From Escherichia coli (GTDB lineage Bacteria; Pseudomonadota; Gammaproteobacteria; Enterobacterales; Enterobacteriaceae): 64,000 nucleotides of DNA. Below, piece after piece: positions 21,584-33,451 of the stretch; within the stretch, counting starts at the first letter, position 1; the number at the start of each line of letters is the position of its first letter. Where the stretch lies: the NCBI RefSeq assembly GCF_030013595.1, contig NZ_CP122768.1, one strand, 5' to 3'. The translations under genes and the position numbers were made by a program. The notes under the pieces are model-generated. The model did not search any database, was not told the DNA's origin, and saw nothing but the letters and a program-made list of their open reading frames with translations.

Positions 21584-22282
21584 TTACTCAGGCGAATCCC
21601 GGCCGTAACACACCATCCGGATAATTCTCCGCCAGCAGTTTTTTACCGATACCAGCAAATCATTCAGCCCATCGTCCTGCATTCCCAGTTTGATAAGCTC
21701 CTGTTCCAGTGAAAACAGGTATTGTGCGTTGGTTCCCAGTGGACCGCTCGCCGCCGCAATCAACGGCGCGATGACCTGAGCGCGAGTGTCAGATTCATAT
21801 TCTGGATGTCGCGGGTCCATAATAAACACAATGGCGTTTACTGTGCGTCCATCATCAAGATCAAGCTGACACCAGGTTGGCAGATAACAGCCGGTAATCA
21901 TCTCGCGCTTCCACAACAGGGTTAGTTCCTGCTCCAGCGTCTCTTCTGGCAGTCGATAGGCGACGCCTGTGGTGCGTCCGCCCTCTTTCAGTGCAAGCAT
22001 CCGTCCCGGCTGGTGCGCAGTCCCGCGCCCGGCGGTCAGGCGCAGGCAAAACGCGCGATGCCATCCAACCAGTGTACCGGTGCACGACTCGGTAAACTCC
22101 AGTGCCGGATTCCACATCAACGATCCATAACCGAAGATCCACACCGGTCCCTCATCAGGTCGACAAGCCAGCGTCGCCGCCAGCGAAGCCGCCCGTTGCT
22201 CTGCTGACCATAAGAGTGATTCTTCAATGGCACCAAATGCCGTTTTACAATCGGCATTCATCAAGAAATCACGCGTTATCAC
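21584..22282 (-). CDS. chaC: ChaC (gamma-glutamylcyclotransferase family), with possible 3'-terminal frameshift
   Basis: GTG start at 22282 gives MITRDFLMNADCK...; YGSLMWNP motif present; the last 18 codons look out-of-frame, see findings. Confidence 0.8.
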   Translation of the reverse strand: MITRDFLMNADCKTAFGAIEESLLWSAEQRAASLAATLACRPDEGPVWIFGYGSLMWNPALEFTESCTGTLVGWHRAFCLRLTAGRGTAHQPGRMLALKEGGRTTGVAYRLPEETLEQELTLLWKREMITGCYLPTWCQLDLDDGRTVNAIVFIMDPRHPEYESDTRAQVIAPLIAAASGPLGTNAQYLFSLEQELIKLGMQDDGLNDLLVSVKNCWRRIIRMVCYGRDSPE

Positions 22283-22439
22283 CTTACACCTCCGCCACTG
22301 CATACTTCCCTGCGACAACTTTTTGGTGTCTTCCGGACATTTTTACTGCTCATTTTGAAACCACTAACGGGACAATATGCAATCCACGGACCACTTGCAA
22401 GGCAACACCGCACGAATAGCTTTAACTAAGCTACCGGTT

Positions 22440-22670
22440 TTACGATTTTTTATGCCATTTATCATCATCCCCTTTGGCATATTCATGCTTCACAGCAGCC
22501 CAGGCCACTTTATGCGCGGTTTCTTCGCGACTGGCGTCATCACGCCGATCTTCTTTATCTTTATATTGATCCCATGCGCTGTTAAACGCTTCTTTATAGA
22601 TATCCTGGGCATGAGACGGAAGCACGTGCTTTACGCTTTCCGGCAGATCGCTTTTCGTTTTATACGGCAT
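22440..22670 (-). CDS. chaB: Cation transport regulator ChaB
   Basis: 76 aa ORF MPYKTKSDLPESVKHVLPSHAQDIYKEAFNSAW... Confidence 0.92.
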   Translation of the reverse strand: MPYKTKSDLPESVKHVLPSHAQDIYKEAFNSAWDQYKDKEDRRDDASREETAHKVAWAAVKHEYAKGDDDKWHKKS

Positions 22671-22939
22671 CGTTGACTCCTTTTACAAAGTTGAACATTA
22701 AGTGTGGTCAACAATATCCACTCTTGCCAAAACATAAGAATTTTCATGTCAGACTCTTCTTAAGAAATGCTAAAACAAACATTGTCTAAACGCATTGCTT
22801 ATTTTTATGGCCCAATGAGTAAAAAATCGACAGCGGGGTAAAAATTCGTAAAATGTTACCGATATCCAGACACTTTCTGTTATTTTTCCTACCTATTTTT
22901 TACATTTTCGATAAATTCATCTGCAAAGGGATAACCATA

Positions 22940-24040
22940 ATGTCAAATGCTCAAGAGGCGGTAAAAACCCGCCACAAGGAGACTTCGCTTATTTTCCCGG
23001 TTCTGGCGCTGGTAGTGCTGTTCCTGTGGGGAAGCAGCCAGACACTACCAGTGGTCATTGGCATCAATCTTCTTGCTCTTATTGGTATTTTAAGTAGCGC
23101 CTTTAGTGTTGTCCGTCATGCGGACGTATTAGCCCATCGCCTGGGAGAACCTTACGGTTCGCTTATTCTTAGCCTTTCAGTGGTTATTCTTGAAGTCAGT
23201 TTGATTTCAGCTTTAATGGCAACCGGCGACGCCGCGCCAACGCTAATGCGTGATACGCTCTATTCAATCATTATGATTGTTACCGGTGCGCTGGTTGGCT
23301 TTTCATTATTGTTGGGCGGACGCAAGTTTGCCACCCAATATATGAATCTGTTTGGTATCAAGCAGTATTTAATTGCGCTGTTCCCCCTGGCGATAATCGT
23401 ACTGGTATTTCCAATGGCTCTGCCTGCGGCGAATTTTTCAACCGGTCAGGCGTTACTGGTAGCATTAATTTCTGCGGCAATGTATGGCGTATTTTTGCTG
23501 ATCCAGACCAAAACGCATCAAAGTTTATTTGTCTACGAGCACGAAGATGACAGTGATGATGACGACCCGCACCACGGTAAACCGTCTGCCCATAGCAGCC
23601 TTTGGCATGCTATCTGGTTGATTGTCCATCTGATTGCCGTTATTGCAGTCACCAAAATGAACGCCAGCCCGCTGGAGACATTGCTCGACAGCATGAATGC
23701 CCCTGTCGCCTTTACTGGCTTCCTGGTAGCTCTGTTGATTCTGTCGCCGGAAGGTTTAGGTGCGTTAAAAGCAGTGTTGAACAACCAGGTCCAGCGCGCG
23801 ATGAATCTGTTCTTTGGTTCAGTGTTAGCAACCATTTCGCTTACCGTACCTGTCGTCACGCTAATTGCCTTTATGACGGGTAACGAATTGCAGTTTGCAC
23901 TTGGTGCGCCAGAAATGGTGGTGATGGTGGCCTCTTTAGTGCTGTGCCATATCTCCTTCTCCACCGGACGTACTAACGTGCTCAATGGCGCAGCGCATCT
24001 CGCACTGTTTGCCGCCTATTTGATGACGATATTTGCCTGA
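22940..24040 (+). CDS. chaA: Ca2+/H+ (Na+/H+) antiporter
   Basis: ATG 22940 (MSNAQEAVKTRHKE) gives 366 aa polytopic CaCA-family protein; ORF-track start 22853 is an extension. Confidence 0.93.
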   Translation: MSNAQEAVKTRHKETSLIFPVLALVVLFLWGSSQTLPVVIGINLLALIGILSSAFSVVRHADVLAHRLGEPYGSLILSLSVVILEVSLISALMATGDAAPTLMRDTLYSIIMIVTGALVGFSLLLGGRKFATQYMNLFGIKQYLIALFPLAIIVLVFPMALPAANFSTGQALLVALISAAMYGVFLLIQTKTHQSLFVYEHEDDSDDDDPHHGKPSAHSSLWHAIWLIVHLIAVIAVTKMNASPLETLLDSMNAPVAFTGFLVALLILSPEGLGALKAVLNNQVQRAMNLFFGSVLATISLTVPVVTLIAFMTGNELQFALGAPEMVVMVASLVLCHISFSTGRTNVLNGAAHLALFAAYLMTIFA

Positions 24041-24445
24041 CAGATATATCTCCTCCGATGACAGAAATCGGGGGAGATAATATAAATTCCTGCTTATTGT
24101 ATTTCTTCATACTACCTGAACAGGTTGTTAATCAGAATTGCGAGCCTGTACCAGAACCTGCACGAAACCACTGCAACAGCTGTTGAAAAGCCGGAATGTA
24201 CTCTTTATTGCAAACATTTCAGGGATGAAGTGAAGATGAATTGAGACGTAGTATCCACACCAAGCCGGCGTTATCCGGTGAGGCGCAATGTTGCGGGGGC
24301 TTTATCCCTGGTGGCATTGGTTGCTGGAAAGAGAAAACCCCCGCACGTTGAGAGGTAAAACCTGACAACAGAACGGGGGCTAATCTTGAACCATCAACAA
24401 TTCAAGAATAGCCGCAAAATGTTGTCATTACAACAAGGCGGCTAT

Positions 24446-24553
24446 ATGACGCTCGCGCAGTTTGCCATGATTTTCTGGCACGACCTGGCAGCACCGATCC
24501 TGGCGGGAATTATTACCGCAGCGATTGTCAGCTGGTGGCGTAACCGGAAGTAA
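24446..24553 (+). CDS. ldrA: Ldr-family small toxic peptide (35 aa)
   Basis: ATG to TAA encodes MTLAQFAMIFWHDLAAPILAGIITAAIVSWWRNRK, single TM helix; matches Ldr toxin family. Confidence 0.8.
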   Translation: MTLAQFAMIFWHDLAAPILAGIITAAIVSWWRNRK

Positions 24554-24602
24554 GGTGAAAACGGGCGTCAGGCTGCCGTGATGGCAATATGCGCCCGAAA
24601 CC

Positions 24603-24635
24603 GGCCGCAGGGGTAACAGCCTGCGGCCTTTTTTG
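24603..24635 (+). terminator. Rho-independent terminator of ldr transcript (copy 1)
   Basis: ggccgcagg-ggtaacag-cctgcggcc followed by T6. Confidence 0.75.
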
Positions 24636-24980
24636 TCTTTATCTCTTCCACAAGTAAATATTGGCAACCCGAGCTGGAAGCATCATCCAGAGCACTCATG
24701 AAACGACTGTAACAGCTGTTGAAAAACCGGAATGCACTCTTCATTGCATACATTTCAGGGATGAAGTGAAGATGAATTGAGTCGTAGTATCCACACCAAG
24801 CCGGCGTTATCCGGTGAGGCGCAATGTTGCGGGGGCTCTATCCCTGGTGGCATTGGTTGCTGGAAAGAGAAAACCCCCGCACGTTGAGAGGTATAACCTG
24901 ACAACAGAACGGGGGCTAATCTTGAACCAGAACAATTCAAGAATAGCCGCAAAATGTTGTCATTACAACAAGGCGGCTAT

Positions 24981-25151
24981 ATGACGCTCACGCAGTTTGC
25001 CATGACTTTCTGGCACGACCTGGCAGCACCGATCCTGGCGGGAATTATTACCGCAGCGATTGTCAGCTGGTGGCGTAACCGGAAGCAAGGTGAAAACGGG
25101 CGTCAGGCTGCCGTGATGGCAATATGCGCCCGAAACCGGCCGCAGGAGTAA
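24981..25151 (+). CDS. Ldr-family toxin variant with stop codon replaced by CAA (56 aa read-through form)
   Basis: MTLTQFAMTFWHDLAAPILAGIITAAIVSWWRNRK followed by Q (CAA at 25086-25088 where copy 1 has TAA) and 20 further codons through the terminator hairpin. Confidence 0.6.
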   Translation: MTLTQFAMTFWHDLAAPILAGIITAAIVSWWRNRKQGENGRQAAVMAICARNRPQE

Positions 25152-25170
25152 CAGCCTGCGGCCTTTTTTG
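25138..25170 (+). terminator. Rho-independent terminator of ldr transcript (copy 2)
   Basis: ggccgcagg-agtaacag-cctgcggcc followed by T6. Confidence 0.75.
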
Positions 25171-25183
25171 TATCCGGCCCCAT

Positions 25184-25221
25184 GAAAAAAGCCTTAACGC
25201 AGAACGCTAAGGCTTTAGTTT
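25184..25221 (-). terminator. Probable terminator of kdsA
   Basis: Imperfect inverted repeat gccttaacgc...gctaaggc with flanking T/A runs just downstream of kdsA stop. Confidence 0.45.
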
Positions 25222-25235
25222 TCAAGCAAAAAAGA

Positions 25236-26099
<864 letters not shown>

Positions 26100-26125
26100 T
26101 TAATCTTGAGTAAAATGTCGATTAA

Positions 26126-26935
26126 TTAATGCAGCACAATATGTTTATGCGCGATGTTATTTATTTGCGCACGGATCATTTCGCTGATCGGGTCTTCCGG
26201 ACACTGTTCAACGAAATAACTTAAATCGTTCAACGCAACGTGTTCGCAATCCAGTTGCGCATAAATCAACCCGCGATCGCGAATTTCATAGGGATCTTCC
26301 GGGTTGAATTGTAATAAAGCTTCGCTGGTGCGTAACGCCAGCTCCATCTGATTTTCTTCCATCAATGAAGCTTTGAGTGTATCCAGCAATTTGCGGATTA
26401 CCTCAATGTTATCAGCTTCATCAAGGTCTTCATAAAACAGTTCCGCCGACGGGCTGATATTTCCCTTTAACCATACGTCCAGCATATGTTCGCTTAACGA
26501 TTCACCGTTAAAAGGATTAATCAACCAAATTTCGCCATCCGGACATTCAATGCGCAATATCAGCTGCGTAGGGAAAATCACCGGCAGCAGCGGCAAATCG
26601 AGACGATTCGCGACCCATAATAAAACGGCACCTAATGATACCGCACTGCCCTGTCGATTCTTTAACACCTGGTCCAGCCATAATGCATCGGAAAGACGAT
26701 AAACGCCGCGTGAGGCTTTAAATCCCCAGTCGCCGTAAAACAGCGCGATCAGTTTTTCCAGCTGCTCTTCTAAAGGCAGAAGCTGGCTGATTTCTTCCTT
26801 CGCCAGAGTAACGAGACGCTCCAGTTCGTCGTAAACATCTTGCGAGGGAAAATCGCGGCGGATTGCTTCGCAAGCCAGGATCATGCCTTCGCACAATGGC
26901 GCTTTATTAAATTCGAAATCAGCTAACGATCTCAT
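26126..26935 (-). CDS. sirB1: SirB1/YchA family protein (transglutaminase-like/TPR)
   Basis: 269 aa ORF immediately upstream of kdsA in same orientation. Confidence 0.9.
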   Translation of the reverse strand: MRSLADFEFNKAPLCEGMILACEAIRRDFPSQDVYDELERLVTLAKEEISQLLPLEEQLEKLIALFYGDWGFKASRGVYRLSDALWLDQVLKNRQGSAVSLGAVLLWVANRLDLPLLPVIFPTQLILRIECPDGEIWLINPFNGESLSEHMLDVWLKGNISPSAELFYEDLDEADNIEVIRKLLDTLKASLMEENQMELALRTSEALLQFNPEDPYEIRDRGLIYAQLDCEHVALNDLSYFVEQCPEDPISEMIRAQINNIAHKHIVLH

Positions 26936-26938
26936 GAC

Positions 26939-27331
26939 TTACCCCAGTAACGGTACTTTTGTGGTGGCGAGTTTAATGATGATGTACAGCACCACCAACG
27001 CCAGCGGGAAGGCAATAATGCGCGCCTGCTGACTGTGCATACGACGATAATCGAGTGCAATAAAACCCAAAACGATATAAATGATAACTCCAAACAGCTT
27101 TTCAGTCAGCCACTGTGCCTGCCCGGAAAATGGCAGGATGTGCGCTTTAGCCATCAACGCAATGCCGCTTAACAATAACACCGTATCGACAACCGGCGGC
27201 ACAATGCGCGTCCAACGAGCAAATGCCTGTGGATGCTTCTGATAACGTAGCCAGAAACGTAAGGTTAATAGCCCTACAGAAAGCGCAATGCTAATGAGAT
27301 GAACGCTAAGCAGTGTAGAAAAACTTGTCAT
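26939..27331 (-). CDS. sirB2: SirB2/YchQ family inner-membrane protein
   Basis: 130 aa, four hydrophobic segments; overlaps prmC stop by 4 nt. Confidence 0.9.
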   Translation of the reverse strand: MTSFSTLLSVHLISIALSVGLLTLRFWLRYQKHPQAFARWTRIVPPVVDTVLLLSGIALMAKAHILPFSGQAQWLTEKLFGVIIYIVLGFIALDYRRMHSQQARIIAFPLALVVLYIIIKLATTKVPLLG

Positions 27332-28161
27332 TGATAATAGCGGCCGAGCGTTACGCGCTCGTTATCACCATAGTCCCGACAGGTTTCGACGTCATGATAT
27401 CCCGCGTGGATAAATGCCTGTCGCACCGCTTCGCCCTGCTGCCAGCCATGTTCCAGAAGCAGAAAGCCGCCGGATACCAGCGCGTTACGCGACTGTTCGA
27501 TGATATGCACGATGTCTGCCATTCCACTGTCTGCCGCAACCAGCGCAGTGAGCGGCTCAAAGCGGACATCGCCTTGTTGAAGATGTGGGTCCTGCTCGTC
27601 AATATACGGCGGATTACTGACAATCATCACAAACTGCTGCCCGGCTAGCGCGCTAAACCAGTCGCTTTGCAGAATATGGATGTTTTTGATCGCCAGATTC
27701 TGGGCATTACGTTGCGCCAGAGAGACAGCATCTGGCATACGATCTACAGCGGTAATTTCGCAGTCCGGGCGCTCGCTAGCCAGCGCCAGCGCAATCGCCC
27801 CGGTACCCGTCCCGAGATCGAGAATACGGCAAGGTTGTTCAGGCAACCGCGCCAGTGCCTGTTCCACCAGACACTCCGTATCCGGGCGCGGAATTAAGGT
27901 CGCTGGCGAAACAAATAACGGCAGCGACCAGAATTCTCGCACCCCGGTTAAATGAGCAATAGGTTCACCATCGCGACGACGCGTCAGTAGCGCATCAAGT
28001 TGCTGACATTGTTCGTCAGTCAGCTGCGTTTCACCAAAGGCGAGAATAAAAGTACGCCCTTTGCCGGTAACATGCTCCAGCAGGATTTCAGCATCACGCC
28101 GCGGGCTTTCGCTCGCCTGAAGTTGGCTTATTGCTTCACGTAACCAGTGTTGATATTCCAT
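27328..28161 (-). CDS. prmC: Release-factor glutamine N5-methyltransferase (HemK/PrmC)
   Basis: 277 aa; SAM motif LDLGTGTGAIALALA and NPPY catalytic motif (VSNPPYI). Confidence 0.95.
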   Translation of the reverse strand: MEYQHWLREAISQLQASESPRRDAEILLEHVTGKGRTFILAFGETQLTDEQCQQLDALLTRRRDGEPIAHLTGVREFWSLPLFVSPATLIPRPDTECLVEQALARLPEQPCRILDLGTGTGAIALALASERPDCEITAVDRMPDAVSLAQRNAQNLAIKNIHILQSDWFSALAGQQFVMIVSNPPYIDEQDPHLQQGDVRFEPLTALVAADSGMADIVHIIEQSRNALVSGGFLLLEHGWQQGEAVRQAFIHAGYHDVETCRDYGDNERVTLGRYYQ

Positions 28162-29243
28162 TATTCCTGCTCGGACAACGCCGCCAGTTGGTCGGCCTGA
28201 TGTTCCTGGATAATCGGTTCAATCAGCATATCCAGCTTACCTTCCATCACTTCATCCAGGCGGTAGAGCGTCAGGTTGATGCGGTGATCGGTAACGCGCC
28301 CCTGCGGGAAGTTGTAAGTACGGTTACGGTCGCTGCGATCGCCACTCCCCAGCAGGTTACGACGGGTAGACGCTTCGGCCTGTTGCCGTTTTGCCATTTC
28401 TGCAGCGTGGATGCGAGCACCGAGTACAGAAAGTGCTTTAGCTTTGTTTTTATGTTGTGAACGTTCGTCCTGACATTCAACAACAATCCCGGTCGGCAAG
28501 TGAGTAATACGAATTGCCGAATCGGTGGTGTTAACGTGCTGACCACCCGCCCCTGAGGAGCGGAAAGTATCAATGCGCAAATCTGCTGGGTTGATGTCCG
28601 GCAGTTCTGCGTCAGGCAGTTCTGGCATTACAGCAACAGTACAAGCAGAAGTATGAATACGCCCCTGCGATTCCGTAGCAGGCACACGCTGCACGCGATG
28701 ACCGCCAGATTCAAATTTCAGACGACCATACACACCATCACCGCTAATTTTGGCGATGATCTCTTTATAACCACCATGTTCACCCTCGCTGGCGCTCATG
28801 ATTTCTACCCGCCAGCGGCGGGCTTCGGCATAACGGCTGTACATACGGAACAGATCGCCAGCGAAGAGCGCCGCTTCGTCGCCGCCGGTTCCGGCACGGA
28901 CTTCGAGGAAGGCGTTACGTTCGTCATCAGGATCTTTTGGTAGTAACAGAACCTGTAATTGCTGTTCCAGTTGCTCGCTTTTTTCTTTAGCTTCACGCAG
29001 TTCATCCTGCGCCATCTCACGCATTTCAGGATCGTCGAGCATCATCTGTGCGGTTTCGATATCTTCCTGAACCTGTTGCCAGTCGGTAAAACAGCGCGAA
29101 ACATCACTTAACTGCGCATATTCGCGTGATAATGCGCGAAAACGTTCCTGGTCGGCGATAGTTTGCGCGTCACCCAGCAACGCCTGAACTTCTTCATGGC
29201 GTTCATGCAGGGCTTCCAGTTTGGCAACGATAGAAGGCTTCAT
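28161..29243 (-). CDS. prfA: Peptide chain release factor 1
   Basis: 360 aa; GGQ motif ([14 protein letters not shown]) and PxT-type stop-codon recognition region. Confidence 0.97.
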
Positions 29244-29284
29244 AGGCGTAAATGCACCCTGTAAAAAAGGAAAATGATGTACTG

Positions 29285-30541
29285 CTACTCCAGCCCGAGG
29301 CTGTCGCGCAGAATATTCAGGCGTTCGTTATCCCCGTCACGGGCGGCCTGTTGAAGTGATTTCGTTGGCGCATGGATCAGGCGGTTAGTCAGTTTCCATG
29401 CCAGATCCTGCATAATGGCTTGAGCGTCGCCGCCCTGCTCAAGGGCCGCTAACGCTTTGGCGGTTAACTCATCGCGAACGTGCTCTGCCTGGCTGCGATA
29501 CTCGCGAATGGTCTCGCTGGCGCTTTGTGCACGCAGCCACGCCATAAATTCGCTGGTTTCCTGAGCGACAATAGTTTCCGCCTCAACCGCTGCGGCTTTA
29601 CGCTGCGCCAGGTTGTGCGAAATGATGCTTTGCAGATCATCAACGCTATAAAGATAAGCATTCGCCAGTTTGCCAACTTCCGGCTCAACATCGCGCGGAA
29701 CGGCAATATCCACCAACAGCATTGGTTGGTTGCGACGGCTTTTTAATGCCCGCTCCACCATGCCTTTACCGATAATCGGTAACGGGCTTGCAGTTGAACT
29801 AATGATGATATCGGCTTCGCGCAGACGCTCGTCGATATCGCTCAGGGCAATCACTTCCGCGCCGACTTCATCTGCCAGAATTTGGGCACGTTCGCGAGTG
29901 CGGTTGGCGATAATCATCTTCTGTACTTTGTGTTCGCGCAGATGACGCGCCACCAGCTCGATGGTTTCGCCCGCACCCACCAGCAGTACCGTCACCGTAG
30001 AGAGCGATTCAAAGATCTGCCGCGCCAGCGTACAAGCCGCAAAAGCGACAGAAACAGCGCTGGCACCGATATCTGTTTCAGTGCGAACACGTTTCGCTAC
30101 AGAGAAAGATTTCTGAAACATGCGTTCCAGTTCGCTGGCCTTCATATGGCCTTTTTGCGAATCGGCAAACGCTTTTTTAACCTGACCGAGGATCTGCGGC
30201 TCCCCCAGAACCAGTGAATCCAGGCCGCTGGCAACACGCATTAAATGGCTAACCGCGTCGTTATCCTGATGCCAGTAGAGGCTTTTGCGCAGGTCTTCTT
30301 CATTAAGATTGTGATAATCGCAAAGCCAGCGGATTAACGCCTCTTGCAGGTTATCCTGCTCTTCAACGCTAAGATAAAGTTCCGTGCGATTGCACGTCGA
30401 CAGCACCACGCCGCCCTGCACCATCGGCTGCGCAAGCAGGCTGTCAAGCGCCTGATCGAGCTTATCCGGCGAAAACGATACACGTTCTCGCAGCGATACA
30501 GGTGCCGTTTTATGGTTGATACCGAGTGCTAAAAGGGTCAT
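29285..30541 (-). CDS. hemA: Glutamyl-tRNA reductase
   Basis: Start at [21 protein letters not shown] gives 418 aa; ORF-track extension to 30739 has no SD and runs into the divergent lolB promoter region. Confidence 0.94.
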
Positions 30542-30685
30542 GTCTGCGGGAAATAATACCAACGTTGATAGGGTTAGTCTGCTTGCATCATACAGGATGC
30601 GTAAGATCAATAAAAGAGAGCGACCCCTTTTGGAGTAATTGCCGAAAGCCGTTAGATTCTGGCAATTAAGACAACTTGAACATAG

Positions 30686-31377
<692 letters not shown>

Positions 31378-31378
<1 letters not shown>

Positions 31379-32229
31379 TGCGGACACAGTGGCCCTCTCC
31401 GGCAAAACTTAATCTGTTTTTATACATTACCGGTCAGCGTGCGGATGGTTACCACACGCTGCAAACGCTGTTTCAGTTTCTTGATTACGGCGACACCATC
31501 AGCATTGAGCTTCGTGACGATGGGAATATTCGTCTGTTAACGCCCGTTGAAGGCGTGGAACATGAAGATAACCTGATCGTTCGCGCAGCACGGTTGTTGA
31601 TGAAAACTGCGGCAGACAGCGGGCGTCTTCCGACGGGAAGCGGTGCGGATATCAGCATTGACAAGCGTTTGCCGATGGGCGGCGGTCTCGGCGGTGGTTC
31701 ATCCAATGCCGCGACGGTCCTGGTGGCATTAAATCATCTCTGGCAATGCGGGCTAAGCATGGATGAGCTGGCGGAAATGGGGCTGACGCTGGGCGCAGAT
31801 GTTCCTGTCTTTGTTCGGGGGCATGCCGCGTTTGCCGAAGGCGTTGGTGAAATACTAACGCCGGTGGATCCGCCAGAGAAGTGGTATCTGGTGGCGCACC
31901 CTGGTGTAAGTATTCCGACACCGGTGATTTTTAAAGATCCTGAACTCCCGCGCAATACGCCAAAAAGGTCAATAGAAACGTTGCTAAAATGTGAATTCAG
32001 CAATGATTGCGAGGTTATCGCAAGAAAACGTTTTCGCGAGGTTGATGCGGTGCTTTCCTGGCTGTTAGAATACGCCCCGTCGCGCCTGACTGGGACAGGG
32101 GCCTGTGTCTTTGCTGAATTTGATACAGAGTCTGAAGCCCGCCAGGTGCTAGAGCAAGCCCCGGAATGGCTCAATGGCTTTGTGGCGAAAGGCGTTAATC
32201 TTTCCCCATTGCACAGAGCCATGCTTTAA
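31378..32229 (+). CDS. ispE: 4-diphosphocytidyl-2-C-methyl-D-erythritol kinase
   Basis: 283 aa GHMP kinase; motif [14 protein letters not shown]; start overlaps lolB stop. Confidence 0.95.
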
Positions 32230-32253
32230 GCCGGGCAAGCTGAGTTTCGGTGA

Positions 32254-33327
<1,074 letters not shown>

Positions 33328-33343
33328 TCGAACCCGGCTCAAA

Positions 33344-33367
33344 GACCCGCTGCGGCGGGTTTTTTTG
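33344..33367 (+). terminator. Rho-independent terminator of prs
   Basis: gacccgc-tgcg-gcgggt followed by T8 run. Confidence 0.75.
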
Positions 33368-33451
33368 TCTGTAATATCCATTTGTATGACCTATGCCTCC
33401 TTCACCTGCCATTTAGTTGACAGATGATGCGCTCACGGATGAAACATTATT

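Larger units (their letters stand above)
24165..24640 (+). repeat. Long direct repeat copy 1 (ldr/rdl type I toxin-antitoxin unit)
   Basis: About 475-bp unit repeated nearly identically at 24705-25175; contains the Ldr toxin ORF and is expected to encode a cis-antisense Rdl RNA on the opposite strand (coordinates not resolved). Confidence 0.85.
24705..25175 (+). repeat. Long direct repeat copy 2 (ldr/rdl unit)
   Basis: Near-identical second copy of the unit at 24165-24640. Confidence 0.85.
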
